Source: a phage. Taken from it: 64,000 nt of DNA. Shown here piece by piece: positions 1 through 10,005 of the stretch. A model generated the notes under the pieces. It was not told where the DNA came from. It was given only the letters and a program-made list of their open reading frames with translations, and did no database searches. A program made the position numbers and the translations under genes. Location: the NCBI GenBank assembly GCA_018015315.1, contig GCA_018015315.1_3629.1; one strand, written 5' to 3'. How positions within the stretch are numbered: position 1 is the stretch's first letter; each line of letters opens with the position of its first letter.

Positions 1-114
1 AAACATAGTGTACTTTACATCGCTTTCAGTTTGCTGCTCTGCCTTTTCAGCCTTTGGAGATTTAACCTCTTGAGGCTTGTACAGGTCTTTTTCATCAACT
101 ATATTGCTTGGCAT
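1..114 (-). CDS. hypothetical protein, N-terminal 38 codons only (continues past window start)
   Basis: ATG at 112-114 (minus) preceded by GGAGAGG; open frame to window edge; directly downstream of tape-measure gene. Confidence 0.35.
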   Translation of the reverse strand, partial: MPSNIVDEKDLYKPQEVKSPKAEKAEQQTESDVKYTMF

Positions 115-181
115 AACCTCTCCAGGACACTCCGATACCATCTAAATATTGTATCATAAAATAGCCGTTTTTACAACACCG

Positions 182-208
182 ATAAAATAAAGGGGGCCGG
201 AGCCCCCC
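182..208 (-). terminator. rho-independent terminator after tape-measure gene
   Basis: GGGGGC-CGGA-GCCCCC hairpin followed on minus strand by TTTATTTTAT. Confidence 0.55.
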
Positions 209-219
209 TGCACAGTTTA

Positions 220-2556
220 TTACCAAAGGTCGGTAGACATGAAGTTGATATCTTTATTGTTCTCCCACTCAAGTTTTGCATCAAATATTTTGTTAAACTC
301 ACCCTCATCTATTGAAATCGTGATTTTCCCATCACTGATCTCTAAAGGTAGCATTTCCATAGTTCTTAATTGAGAAGCAAAACCAGGGCCACCCGGCAAC
401 GGAAGAGTCCCGCCAGGCAAGGTGTCCAAAGGATTAACAAACCCGTTACCTCCCGATATGATATCTTTGCGAATCATATCGCTGATAGTATCCAGCTGCT
501 GATTTCTTTCACTTAGTGGGTTGTAACGGTCATTAAATAATTCCCCGGCGCTTAGTATTGTACCGATAATACCCAGCTTACCGAGCAGACCAACTTTGCC
601 ACCAGGTGTCTTGAGGCCACCTCCACCTTTTCCTGCCGGAGCTCCACCACCAGACCCTTCTGTAGTAGCGGCACCCGCTGCTCCAGCTGCACCCCTTAGA
701 GAGTTAAGGAATTTAAAGGTTTTTACAAGCATGGATGCCATGACAAAACCTTTTGTTAGGGCGTTGACTACCAGCATGATGGCAGCAGCAAACCCTGCCC
801 ATTTAGCATAGCTAAAGGTGTCATGAAGCTCTTCAGAATATTCCTTCGTCTTAGCTGTTATGAATCCCCATTTAATCCCCCATTCAAGGAAAAACATGCG
901 GATCTTGACTATAGTGTTGTTTAGTTCACCAACTACCCAGTTAAGGCCTCTCACAAACCCGCTAACAAAATCACCAGAGGCATCCCACACAAATTGCAGA
1001 GTCTCACCAGTGCGGATTAGTGTATAATAGAACTCTGTTAGTTCGTCAGACCAACGGGTGAACAGTTTCTGACGAGTCAGTTCGATGAAGGTTTTCAGTC
1101 TGTTTTCTGCCAGCACGTTAGACTTCTGCATTCTTTCATAACCAGCTGCAGATGCCTCGTTCATGTACTTAGCCACATACTTCATGATCTTGGCTGTTTT
1201 AACCTCACCTTTCTTCATCATGTCCATGAACTGATCCATGGAGAGTTCAGAAAGACCAAAAGCCTCTTTGGTGGCCTTGATAAAAGGTTCGTATGCACCA
1301 GGCAATGCTTCAGCAAGTTGTTGCTTCAGTTCTTCGGACATTACTTGTCCCTTGCCAAGCATCTGTTGGATTGCCATAATACCGCGCTGGTATTTTACCT
1401 CATCGGCACCATAAGCAGCAGCATACTGGGAGTATGCAGAAAACAGCTCATGCACTTCCTGATTTGTCATCTGGTTTTTGGCGTTTACCGACATCTGGGC
1501 GTAACCTTGAAGACCAGATTTGAGATCAAAACCAAGACGCATAGCCTCTTGCTGGACAAACGCAACCTCACTGTTAGCTTTGTTTGGATCTCCAGTAACA
1601 GCTGTAAGAGCAGCACTTGCCCCCTCCATCATGTGACCGGATCTGTTAACCGCAGCAAATCCAGAAAAAGCCGTATACGCAGCTGTTGCATTAATAACAG
1701 ATCTACGTAGGTCTCTCATGGCATCGCCTAGTGTAAGCGTTTGGCTGGTGGCGCTTTTAAACCCAGACTGCAGCGCTGACAGGTGGGCGTTAAAGGTTGA
1801 CTTCTTCATCTCCCCGCGAGCAAACCTGGACTCTAACTCTGAGTATCCTGGCAAGCTTCCACGGAATCCGGCCCCATACTTGGCAGAAAGTCTTATCGCT
1901 GAGTTGTAGAGGTGGGTTCTCCTTGCCTCACGATCCGACATAAGCCTATTATCCATACCAGCTTTACTGTCTCTTCTTAGCTGTCTATGATAACGATTCA
2001 TAGCGGCTGTCTGAGCTTTCACAAGGTTAGGGTCGGAAGCCACACCACCCATATTAGGGTTACCGGGGATATATTTGAAAGATTTGGCATTAGCCAAAAC
2101 TCTTGCCTTAGGTGCCTTATAACCACCGTAAGACACTGGTGCAGATTTGGCAGCCTTTTTGGCCTCTTTAGCTTGCTGCTGGTAGAACTTACGCATCCTA
2201 GCCATTTCTGGATTTTTAGCGGTAAGATTACCTACAGCTTGTTTACGTCTCGCATTCTCCCTACGTTCTATTGCAGCCCTTACTGCAGCCTCTTTCTTGG
2301 CCTGTGCTACGCTCTCTCTGTGCAGTTTAGCATTTGCCTGAGATTGCTGTCTGGCAACCCTCTGCATTGTCTGCTGGGTTTTAACAGCTACCGCCTGCCA
2401 TCTACTCATGGGGTTGGATGAGTTAAAATCCTCGCCCAGTTTCCTGAACTCCCTCCCAATACTGCGAATTTTCTCTACAGCTTTTTTGTAGGAGGAGTTC
2501 TCTATCTCAAAGCCAATCTTGTTGACTGTTGTGGCAACTATTTTGTTTGTAGCCAT
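220..2556 (-). CDS. tail tape measure protein
   Basis: 778 aa; Ala/Lys/Gln-rich coiled-coil N-half, Gly-rich segment near C-terminus; sits after sheath, tube and chaperone genes. Confidence 0.6.
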   Translation of the reverse strand: MATNKIVATTVNKIGFEIENSSYKKAVEKIRSIGREFRKLGEDFNSSNPMSRWQAVAVKTQQTMQRVARQQSQANAKLHRESVAQAKKEAAVRAAIERRENARRKQAVGNLTAKNPEMARMRKFYQQQAKEAKKAAKSAPVSYGGYKAPKARVLANAKSFKYIPGNPNMGGVASDPNLVKAQTAAMNRYHRQLRRDSKAGMDNRLMSDREARRTHLYNSAIRLSAKYGAGFRGSLPGYSELESRFARGEMKKSTFNAHLSALQSGFKSATSQTLTLGDAMRDLRRSVINATAAYTAFSGFAAVNRSGHMMEGASAALTAVTGDPNKANSEVAFVQQEAMRLGFDLKSGLQGYAQMSVNAKNQMTNQEVHELFSAYSQYAAAYGADEVKYQRGIMAIQQMLGKGQVMSEELKQQLAEALPGAYEPFIKATKEAFGLSELSMDQFMDMMKKGEVKTAKIMKYVAKYMNEASAAGYERMQKSNVLAENRLKTFIELTRQKLFTRWSDELTEFYYTLIRTGETLQFVWDASGDFVSGFVRGLNWVVGELNNTIVKIRMFFLEWGIKWGFITAKTKEYSEELHDTFSYAKWAGFAAAIMLVVNALTKGFVMASMLVKTFKFLNSLRGAAGAAGAATTEGSGGGAPAGKGGGGLKTPGGKVGLLGKLGIIGTILSAGELFNDRYNPLSERNQQLDTISDMIRKDIISGGNGFVNPLDTLPGGTLPLPGGPGFASQLRTMEMLPLEISDGKITISIDEGEFNKIFDAKLEWENNKDINFMSTDLW

Positions 2557-2610
2557 GGTTTCCTCATAATAAAAAGGGCCAGATCCCAGAAAAGGAATCC
2601 GGCCCTTAGA

Positions 2611-2859
2611 TTATCCTCTCCTGCGCTTAGCTTTCGCAGCAGCTGCGGCAGCCTTCTGCTCCCGCTCCATTTCCCTGTTTTGGACGGTATCTAGGAATTC
2701 TTCAATATCAAGATACTCACAGAGCTTCAGGAAATACGCCATATCTGCAAGATTTAGCGATTCAAAATTTTCCCCTTTGAAATTCTTGAGCACCCTGCAC
2801 CAAAGAAAGTCGAACCAGTTGAGTGAACTGTTCTTGGCTGCCCACTCACTGGCCCTCAC
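2611..2859 (-). CDS. tail assembly chaperone extension ORF (possible -1 frameshift product)
   Basis: 82-codon frame, -1 relative to upstream 2871-3344 ORF and open across its stop; GTG start; position as lambda G/GT. Confidence 0.35.
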   Translation of the reverse strand: MRASEWAAKNSSLNWFDFLWCRVLKNFKGENFESLNLADMAYFLKLCEYLDIEEFLDTVQNREMEREQKAAAAAAKAKRRRG

Positions 2860-2870
2860 AACAACCTTGC

Positions 2871-3344
2871 TTATTCCTGCTCTTCCGGAGTCTGATCCAG
2901 GTTGTTCACCTGCTGAATCATACCCATCTGCTGTAACATCTCCAGAAGGCTTCCTAAACCGTCTTGTGTGAAAAAACAGCCGTAGTTAACCTCCAGAACC
3001 TTACCTGCCAGCTTAATCATCTCCAGCAGATGCCCCGCAAACACAACATCCGGGTTAAGCTTATCCACACCATCTACGGTAATATCTTCGAACAAGATTT
3101 TAAATAGCTCTTCAATAGAGTTATCATCAAGTTCTTGGAACAGGTAAGCCAGAGCAGTAGGAAGGACCTCTGCCATGTTCTGACCGCCTGAGATAATAGA
3201 TCCACCGATAGCACCTAGCGGGACAGCCACAATCTTACCGATTTTAGGCATGTTTTTCATTGCTTTCATCGGTCCCCAATGGGTGATCACAAAGTTGTGC
3301 CCTGCTAAATCAATCTCTGTTGTAGGTCTAAAGTTTATAGCCAT
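2871..3344 (-). CDS. putative tail assembly chaperone
   Basis: 157 aa acidic protein between tail tube and tape measure genes. Confidence 0.4.
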   Translation of the reverse strand: MAINFRPTTEIDLAGHNFVITHWGPMKAMKNMPKIGKIVAVPLGAIGGSIISGGQNMAEVLPTALAYLFQELDDNSIEELFKILFEDITVDGVDKLNPDVVFAGHLLEMIKLAGKVLEVNYGCFFTQDGLGSLLEMLQQMGMIQQVNNLDQTPEEQE

Positions 3345-3505
3345 TTTATAGCATCCTTATTAGTCATGTTGTGCACCATATTTGTGTATTTTACCATGAT
3401 TAGGGTGCATTGTCAATTTAACCTTTCAAGCAATTCAAGAACGTGTGTCAAAACCATAAAAGCAAAAAGCCCCACCCGAAGGTGAGGCTTATGCTAAAGT
3501 TGCCC

Positions 3506-3979
3506 TTAGATAATACCTGCAAGACCTGCTAGGCCAGTAAGAGCACCAGTGATGTTATCACGGTTGAGCCATGCATCCAGAATACCGATATCCCAGTCCA
3601 GTTGACCTACTTCGGTTCCGTAAGTCAGGTCAGGCTGTTTCTGGATCCAACCGATTGTGGAAATACCAGGACCCTGGCTACCTTCCAGCAGAACCGGGAA
3701 GAATACCAGACCAGTAATCGATGCCTGTTTCTGCCAGTCAGAAAGGTAAGCGTTCCATACAGAAGTGTTCTGCAAAGATACAGTCATAACACCAGATTGG
3801 TTACGAGACAGGGCCGCAGACATTTCGCCATCCACACCAACGTGAGGGTAGATGTTGTCTTCGTTTCTTGAAACAACGATCTTGGTGTCAGCAGCGAAGC
3901 CAGTGACACGCTGCTGCATCAGGTACAGTTTGACCTTTTTAGGATCATAAGCATAAGGAGTTAAAATTTGAGTTTCCAT
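3506..3979 (-). CDS. tail tube protein
   Basis: 157 aa ORF immediately downstream of sheath gene; high-expression codon usage. Confidence 0.5.
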   Translation of the reverse strand: METQILTPYAYDPKKVKLYLMQQRVTGFAADTKIVVSRNEDNIYPHVGVDGEMSAALSRNQSGVMTVSLQNTSVWNAYLSDWQKQASITGLVFFPVLLEGSQGPGISTIGWIQKQPDLTYGTEVGQLDWDIGILDAWLNRDNITGALTGLAGLAGII

Positions 3980-3989
3980 CTAGTCTTCC

Positions 3990-5366
3990 TTATTCAGTCA
4001 TTGCAACAGCATTGGTGGATTTAGAACCAACTTTGTCCAGAAGGACGTTGATCCGGATACGAACGAAGTGCAGGGCGTTGTTATACACCAGTTCTACTTT
4101 CACACCTTCCAGAACACGAGCAGCCAACTGATTGGTTGGAATCTCTGCACGTTTAGGAACTGTGATGATCGGGTCGTAGAACACATTGTTGTCTTCGTCA
4201 AAACCTGTCAGGATCGCACCATTCTTAATGCCAGTGTTGATTGGGTTGTTCATCAGGACAGACTTGATAACCGGAAGATCATCATCAGACATCTTCATGC
4301 TTAAACCCATGTTGGAGCGACGATGCATGTACCCAAACATAGATTCTTCAGATCTGAACTTGATCCAGTGTGCAAAACGAATAGCGTCTGCATACTGACC
4401 TGAAGCACACTTACCTTCCCAGAAAGCACCAACACCGTTAATCATTCTGTAGAAGTTAACGTGGTTTTCCCAAATAGCCATACGCTGAGTTAAAGTCAGA
4501 GACGGTGCAATCACACCTGGCATCTGTTTTAAGTGCAAGCTGTCGCCGTAAGACGGATCGTTGGATGCCATAGCACCTATGATACCACCCTCCGGGAAGT
4601 CCTTATCTGCACGAGGATCGTACATGCCGACACTGTCATATTGTGCAGCTTTCAGTTTGGTGGCGATGTTATTATCTTTACCCGTCACATCTTCTGCAGT
4701 AGAGTAGACATGCAGCTTGTAGTTAGCCTGAGCCCACTTAGCACATGCTTCAATGTCGGTGTGGTCTTCATGGCACAGGAAGTACCAATTGTCACGCTCA
4801 GCATTGATCTTATCAACTACTGTAGAAGGTTTTTCAGCATTGGCGATATTTTTGATTGTATAGTTACCAGTATGGTAACCAACAGTACAGTCACCAGTGA
4901 TGGTGAGAACACCTTCAGAAGCCTCTACAGTGATATCGTCCAAGTTATCATCTGCTTCGATTTTAGTCTTCATTGACTCTGCAATCTGAGTTGCAGCTGT
5001 TCCACCAGAGATAGGGACTATCAAAGAGGTATTGTAGCTACCTTTTGCAATAGTCATTACGACATCGGTATCAGCTGCGGCAGCAATACCTTTAAAATCT
5101 ACAGTGGTCTTTTCTTTGGCCTGTCTGCCGATCATAACGTATTGTGGAGGGAATACACCACCAAAAGCTTTTGCTGCAAACTCATACGCTGCAGAGCCTT
5201 GTGCGAAACCATCTTCCACCATCTGATCCAGCTCTGCATATACGCGAGCTCGCTCAGTAAAGTTGTTGTGGATAGCGATGAACAGGGGAGTTTCGAAACC
5301 TACAGTGTCAATAGGCTGGGTTCCGAGGTTAACTGTAACATCTACCACTTTATCTAAATATGGCAT
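3990..5366 (-). CDS. contractile tail sheath protein
   Basis: 458 aa; size and position (before tube, chaperones, tape measure); strongly biased codon usage. Confidence 0.6.
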   Translation of the reverse strand: MPYLDKVVDVTVNLGTQPIDTVGFETPLFIAIHNNFTERARVYAELDQMVEDGFAQGSAAYEFAAKAFGGVFPPQYVMIGRQAKEKTTVDFKGIAAAADTDVVMTIAKGSYNTSLIVPISGGTAATQIAESMKTKIEADDNLDDITVEASEGVLTITGDCTVGYHTGNYTIKNIANAEKPSTVVDKINAERDNWYFLCHEDHTDIEACAKWAQANYKLHVYSTAEDVTGKDNNIATKLKAAQYDSVGMYDPRADKDFPEGGIIGAMASNDPSYGDSLHLKQMPGVIAPSLTLTQRMAIWENHVNFYRMINGVGAFWEGKCASGQYADAIRFAHWIKFRSEESMFGYMHRRSNMGLSMKMSDDDLPVIKSVLMNNPINTGIKNGAILTGFDEDNNVFYDPIITVPKRAEIPTNQLAARVLEGVKVELVYNNALHFVRIRINVLLDKVGSKSTNAVAMTE

Positions 5367-5438
5367 TTGTTTCCTCTTAATATCTGTGCACGGATATCAA
5401 ACACGCAGTGTAATCATTACACTACACAATTATAACGA

Positions 5439-5990
5439 TTACTGACCACTGTCTGTAACCGCTTTACCAGAATTGGGTGAAGGGAAGTGTGTGGTTATTT
5501 CAGCCTTAATTCCCTGAAGATCCTCAAAAGCCCCAATGTCTGTTTCAACAAACCTTACGTTAAATGTCAGCATCACAGTGGCTCTATTTTCATACGTCTG
5601 CTTATTCAACGGCACTCTTTGAGGTGAGATTGTTGAATTGTTAGAGTAGGCAAAGCACGATCCCAGAGGGAAATACTTGTCATAAAACATTGGAAGGTTT
5701 ATTGCTTGCAATACTCTGCTAAGTGCAGCATATGCCCTGCCACGATAAGCTGTTAACAGATAAGTAACAGTGTAGCTGTGGGTGACGTAAGCATTACCCT
5801 CCGCATCTTGAAACTCATTATCTTCCCAAGTGGTGGGATTGATCGCCAAGGTTTGTAAAAGCACAAACTCACCTTCCGGCTTCGGTATGGTAGAGCTTTC
5901 TGCCAGAACTACAGTTCTTCCTGTGGCAACCTTGACAAGCTTAGCAATGATTGTTTCAAGATCAGAAAAAACTTTTTCGAAAGCTTCCAT
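5439..5990 (-). CDS. hypothetical virion protein (tail completion/terminator candidate)
   Basis: 183 aa ORF between head-tail genes and sheath. Confidence 0.4.
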   Translation of the reverse strand: MEAFEKVFSDLETIIAKLVKVATGRTVVLAESSTIPKPEGEFVLLQTLAINPTTWEDNEFQDAEGNAYVTHSYTVTYLLTAYRGRAYAALSRVLQAINLPMFYDKYFPLGSCFAYSNNSTISPQRVPLNKQTYENRATVMLTFNVRFVETDIGAFEDLQGIKAEITTHFPSPNSGKAVTDSGQ

Positions 5991-6415
5991 CAGTCTTCTC
6001 CTTCAGGCTCTTCTACCACAAAAAATCTATATCTCCCACCACCAGAGGTAACATATGCATCGCATTTTAAAACGGTAAACCATTTCAAGTCACCACGGAT
6101 GTCAGGCAGCTGAATTTGATCAGCCATTGCATATGTTCCTTCATCTGGACTATACAACTTGGTTGAGGAGTAGACTGTAAAAGCCTCGTACTGTCTGTCA
6201 CCTTCTGGATTTATTTGAGAGGAGTAATCTTTAGCTGCCCTTCCTGTCAACGGCTGCACAACACACTCTAAGACATCAAACTCTTCATACTCAAGTTCTA
6301 ACCCCTCGTTAGCAAAAGGACCACCAACTGTTTTGTTATACACTCTGTGGCGACCTTTGAATGTTTTACGGGGTATTAGCCTGTTCTTTCCTATCAGCTT
6401 ATAACCTGCTGCCAC
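5990..6415 (-). CDS. hypothetical virion protein (head-tail joining region)
   Basis: 141 aa ORF, start/stop overlap with neighbour. Confidence 0.4.
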   Translation of the reverse strand: MAAGYKLIGKNRLIPRKTFKGRHRVYNKTVGGPFANEGLELEYEEFDVLECVVQPLTGRAAKDYSSQINPEGDRQYEAFTVYSSTKLYSPDEGTYAMADQIQLPDIRGDLKWFTVLKCDAYVTSGGGRYRFFVVEEPEGED

Positions 6416-6424
6416 TCAACCCCC

Positions 6425-6901
6425 TTATTTTTGCTGTCCAATTTTAAAGGTTGCAGATTCCAGCAGCACATCGTAATGCCGCATAGCCTCGTTGAAGCCC
6501 TTCTCTTGTGCCCACTGCTCACTAACAGTAGGGTTACTAAACTGACCAGCCTCAATAACAAACTGGATAGCTTTGGCCCCTGTGTCCCCCATCTGCTTAA
6601 GAATAGCCTCTGCACTTGATCCTCTAGCCATAGCTCTCAACAATTTTTCTGTCAAGGTCTGTAGTTGAGTGCTGTGAAATGCAAAAGCTGTCTCCATGAA
6701 ATTGCGAACAGGCAGCCCGTTCCAACCGAAGTTGTGAATGGCTGCCAATGTTGCCATATTTAAGCCTGACGGGTGAGGTTCGTCATAAAAGCCGTAGGTT
6801 ATTGTTTTACTTTCAAGTCTCACAAGTTCTTTGTAGAAGCGATCTAAACGCTTTAGGTTGAACCTTGTTTGACATTTAACCTTTAGCATTATATCTCTCA
6901 C
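6425..6901 (-). CDS. hypothetical virion protein (head-tail joining region)
   Basis: 158 aa ORF in structural operon. Confidence 0.4.
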   Translation of the reverse strand: MRDIMLKVKCQTRFNLKRLDRFYKELVRLESKTITYGFYDEPHPSGLNMATLAAIHNFGWNGLPVRNFMETAFAFHSTQLQTLTEKLLRAMARGSSAEAILKQMGDTGAKAIQFVIEAGQFSNPTVSEQWAQEKGFNEAMRHYDVLLESATFKIGQQK

Positions 6902-6942
6902 TAATGTATTTTACCACAAAGATACATCAAAAGCAACAATTT

Positions 6943-7563
6943 TTAAAAACTGCGTTTGCGTCTTGGGTGGCGAGGAGGTTGGTTATTTAGACCGCTGATA
7001 GGTGTAATCCCCTGGACATCGAACGGTCCGTTGCTGTTTTCATTAAATTTAACCCGAATTCCTTCGTCTACACGAACACCACCAATGATAATCATTCTGC
7101 TGTAAGCATCTAGCTCAGAATCTACATAATCTGGGTGTGCCAGCAGCCAATCAAGAAAATCTTTCCACTGAGCGTAGGAAGATCCACCACGAATCTCTAT
7201 GGTCTCATCACCTATTTTTTCCAGACGAGAAGTTATACTTGCATTACCGCTGGAAACTTCCTGCATCATCAGCCACCGCACAAGCTGCACAAGCACATTG
7301 TACTTAAGCAGGGGTAGCTTATCAGGGTCTGCCGGATAATTTAGTTTCAACTTCTCCATGTCAAGGAATGTTTTAATTACCCCATCAGGGAGTGTTTCCT
7401 CATCAACATTTCCAAGCAATAACCTCATAATATCAATAAGAGGTTGGTCTGGATCAGGTTCTGGGGGCACAGGATCTTCTTTTGGTGGTTCTTCTGGGGT
7501 ATCGACTACACCATCATGGTTAGGCGGTGACGGGATAATCTCTTCATCTTCATACCATGCCAT
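6943..7563 (-). CDS. hypothetical virion protein, acidic Pro-rich N-terminus
   Basis: start moved to internal ATG (MAWYEDEE) with GAGG RBS, downstream of stop of 7623-8477. Confidence 0.4.
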   Translation of the reverse strand: MAWYEDEEIIPSPPNHDGVVDTPEEPPKEDPVPPEPDPDQPLIDIMRLLLGNVDEETLPDGVIKTFLDMEKLKLNYPADPDKLPLLKYNVLVQLVRWLMMQEVSSGNASITSRLEKIGDETIEIRGGSSYAQWKDFLDWLLAHPDYVDSELDAYSRMIIIGGVRVDEGIRVKFNENSNGPFDVQGITPISGLNNQPPRHPRRKRSF

Positions 7564-7579
7564 TTGAAAATACCTCGTA

Positions 7580-7612
7580 AAAATAAAGCCCCATTCCTGA
7601 TTTGGAAGGGGC
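7580..7612 (-). terminator. terminator-like hairpin
   Basis: GCCCC..GGGGC hairpin followed by TTTATTTT on minus strand. Confidence 0.35.
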
Positions 7613-7622
7613 CTTAACAAAA

Positions 7623-8477
7623 TTATGCCAGTGCAGCCTCAAAATCTTTCATCATATTTTGGAAAGTTTTTGCCTTACTTAAGGTAACACCGTGCTCTTT
7701 AGCGAAGGTTTGGAGTGCATCTTTCGAACCACTTTTGTCATCTTCGTTGTTAAGAGCTGCGGCTTGGTGCAGTATGGCATCAACATCGCCGTGAGAAGAT
7801 CTTGATTCTTGTGCCTGCTCAGGATCCTGTTCAGTACCTTCCGTACCCTCCTGTGCGGTCGGGCCTGGTGATTCCTCACTGCCACCACCAGGTTCAGTAG
7901 GGCCTACAGGTGGCTCCGGCTCTGGTTCAGGTTCTGGGGCTACTGTAGAAGTCAGCCCAAGATTTACAACCTGAGAACGTTTCTTAGGCCACTCAATGGT
8001 GAAAGTCTGGGTATCTTCTGCATAAGCAACATCGCATTGCTCATCGTTTATGGTCACTTTTTTGGGCATCCCTTCAGGGTCCCACAGATGGCCCTCTGCC
8101 ACTGAAACTTTGAAAGCGGCATCTACCTCTTTAAACACTGACGGGGTGAGTGTGATATTGACATCACCGCTTTGCAGTGTTAAAGTGCTTTCATCAAGGT
8201 TCTCTGTGAAGAACAGAAGAATAACACCCATACGGATAGTTGAGATACCAGTATCAATTGGCAGGCCTGTGTGTTTTGCAATCTTCTCGAAGAAGTCTAC
8301 AATCGTTCTGCATGGATAGTGAACACTTCCAATAACGAACTCTGTTGGTGGCAGCAGGGCTGATAAACCAACATTGATTTCTGGATTGTATTGTGCTAAA
8401 AATTGATAAAAACTTAACTGATTGTTGAAAACTCTTAATAGAGGATCATACTCGACTGGATATACAACTCTATTCAC
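7623..8477 (-). CDS. hypothetical structural protein with (PE)n linker
   Basis: 284 aa; central PEPEPEPEPP low-complexity linker; immediately after major capsid gene. Confidence 0.4.
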   Translation of the reverse strand: MNRVVYPVEYDPLLRVFNNQLSFYQFLAQYNPEINVGLSALLPPTEFVIGSVHYPCRTIVDFFEKIAKHTGLPIDTGISTIRMGVILLFFTENLDESTLTLQSGDVNITLTPSVFKEVDAAFKVSVAEGHLWDPEGMPKKVTINDEQCDVAYAEDTQTFTIEWPKKRSQVVNLGLTSTVAPEPEPEPEPPVGPTEPGGGSEESPGPTAQEGTEGTEQDPEQAQESRSSHGDVDAILHQAAALNNEDDKSGSKDALQTFAKEHGVTLSKAKTFQNMMKDFEAALA

Positions 8478-8498
8478 GGGACACTCCTGTTAAACCCT

Positions 8499-8534
8499 AA
8501 TAAATAAAAAGGGGAGGGGGAGAACCCCCTCCCC
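8499..8534 (-). terminator. strong rho-independent terminator after major capsid gene
   Basis: 10-bp perfect stem GGGGAGGGGG/CCCCCTCCCC, loop AGAA, followed by TTTTTATTTATT on minus strand. Confidence 0.7.
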
Positions 8535-8558
8535 ATATGGGATGAATCACCTTAGTGA

Positions 8559-9575
8559 TTAGTCACCACCTTTCAGAGTTGCTTTAACAACCAGCTCTGG
8601 ACGGGTGTTAACTGCCAGCATAGAGGTTTCAGATTCGATTTTCTGTTCTCTCAGGTAGGCAGAGTGTTTATACCACATATACAGCTCTTGAGCTGGGGTA
8701 TTTGCATCTTCCACAGTGTCAGCCGGGGCAAAGTGCAGCTGGAACATCTGATCGATACCCATAGGCATCAGGCGAGCCTCACCGTCCGGAATGTTGCCAG
8801 AAATATCTTCGATAAAGGTCATACCCTTGTGTTCAAACACACGGTAAATGCTTTGTTCGCCACCTGCACCCAGACGACGACGCAGCGGTTCCTGAGAAGA
8901 GCTGTAGTAGGTGTAGGCCAGCTCTACCAGTGGGTGATGAACCAGTGCAGAGAAGAATTTCGGAGAGCACAGCGCGATGATGTTATAAGCACCAGCGTTG
9001 TCACCAGCCTGCAGAGCAATGTGCAGACGTGCATCTTCGATTACTTCCATCGGGTCCTGTGCTGCATTTTTAGGATCGATTTCGATAGATTTCTGAGAAA
9101 CGCCCCACAGCGTGTAATAGTCATACTGGCAAGTTTTGTCACCAGGTGCATAGGATTTACCCAGAATTGCAGAAAAAAGAGCTTTTTCACGCAGGGTTTC
9201 GTGGCTCAGACGAATACGACGAACTACACGAGTAACCACGTCTTGCACAGTTTTCGGTGCATCTGGGGTGAAGTAGCGACGAAAGTTCTGAACGTCCGCA
9301 GCAGTAATGCCCTTATCCAGCGGGAAGAACGGGATGTTCAGGTTTTTGATCTGTGCACGTTCGCTATCAACGTAGTTACGTTCACCACCACGACGGCGAG
9401 CGGCGATATCACCAACCACTTCATCAACACGTTCGATCTGTGCGATTGTTGAGGTGCCGAGATGGGTTTCAAACAGATCCATACCAGTGATCAGGCGATA
9501 TTGGCGCGGAACCAGTTCAAGAGTAGCACCTAAATCAACAATACCAAAATCATCTTTACGCATTATTTTCTCCAA
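8559..9575 (-). CDS. major capsid protein
   Basis: 338 aa; last gene of portal-scaffold-decoration-capsid order; strong codon bias; strong terminator downstream. Confidence 0.6.
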   Translation of the reverse strand: MEKIMRKDDFGIVDLGATLELVPRQYRLITGMDLFETHLGTSTIAQIERVDEVVGDIAARRRGGERNYVDSERAQIKNLNIPFFPLDKGITAADVQNFRRYFTPDAPKTVQDVVTRVVRRIRLSHETLREKALFSAILGKSYAPGDKTCQYDYYTLWGVSQKSIEIDPKNAAQDPMEVIEDARLHIALQAGDNAGAYNIIALCSPKFFSALVHHPLVELAYTYYSSSQEPLRRRLGAGGEQSIYRVFEHKGMTFIEDISGNIPDGEARLMPMGIDQMFQLHFAPADTVEDANTPAQELYMWYKHSAYLREQKIESETSMLAVNTRPELVVKATLKGGD

Positions 9576-9609
9576 ATAACTTTAAAATTTGTTTCCCAAA
9601 GATCTAGGA

Positions 9610-9984
9610 TTATTCCTGAACTTTGTTGCCTTTGGCTTCGAGAGCTTCCAGAACTGCAGCAGGTGCAGCTTCGCCGCTGGCTACTTTCAGGTGTTTTTTA
9701 GCGAAAGTAACGCCACGAACAGCAACGACTAATTTGTATTTCTGACCCACAGTCAGAGGCTCTGCCAGATTAACTTTGCCAGCAGAGTCCGGCAGAAGTG
9801 CACGGTCAACCAGAACACCAAATGTGTCTGTACCATCTTTGTTAGCCAGAGTGCCAGTTTTGGTAACTACTGCGCCAGCAACGTGATCAGCAGTAAGGGT
9901 AATTTCAATCTCTTTAAAGTTGAAACCTGCATCGCTTGCATCTACTTTGCCGAGCACGATATCAGAATATTGAGTGGTGATCAT
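9610..9984 (-). CDS. putative head decoration protein
   Basis: 124 aa ORF between scaffold and capsid genes (lambda D position). Confidence 0.4.
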   Translation of the reverse strand: MITTQYSDIVLGKVDASDAGFNFKEIEITLTADHVAGAVVTKTGTLANKDGTDTFGVLVDRALLPDSAGKVNLAEPLTVGQKYKLVVAVRGVTFAKKHLKVASGEAAPAAVLEALEAKGNKVQE

Positions 9985-10005
9985 TATTTTCCCCTATTAA
10001 GCAGA

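Noticed and set aside
7623-8477. PEPEPEPEP stretch as a DNA-level tandem repeat or mobile element
   Set aside because: It is a short in-frame low-complexity linker inside a structural gene, not an independent repeat element.
8664-9452. 262-aa plus-strand ORF antisense to the major capsid gene (and similar antisense ORFs inside the tape-measure, sheath and portal genes)
   Set aside because: Shadow ORFs on the opposite strand of strongly codon-biased genes; no RBS or independent context.
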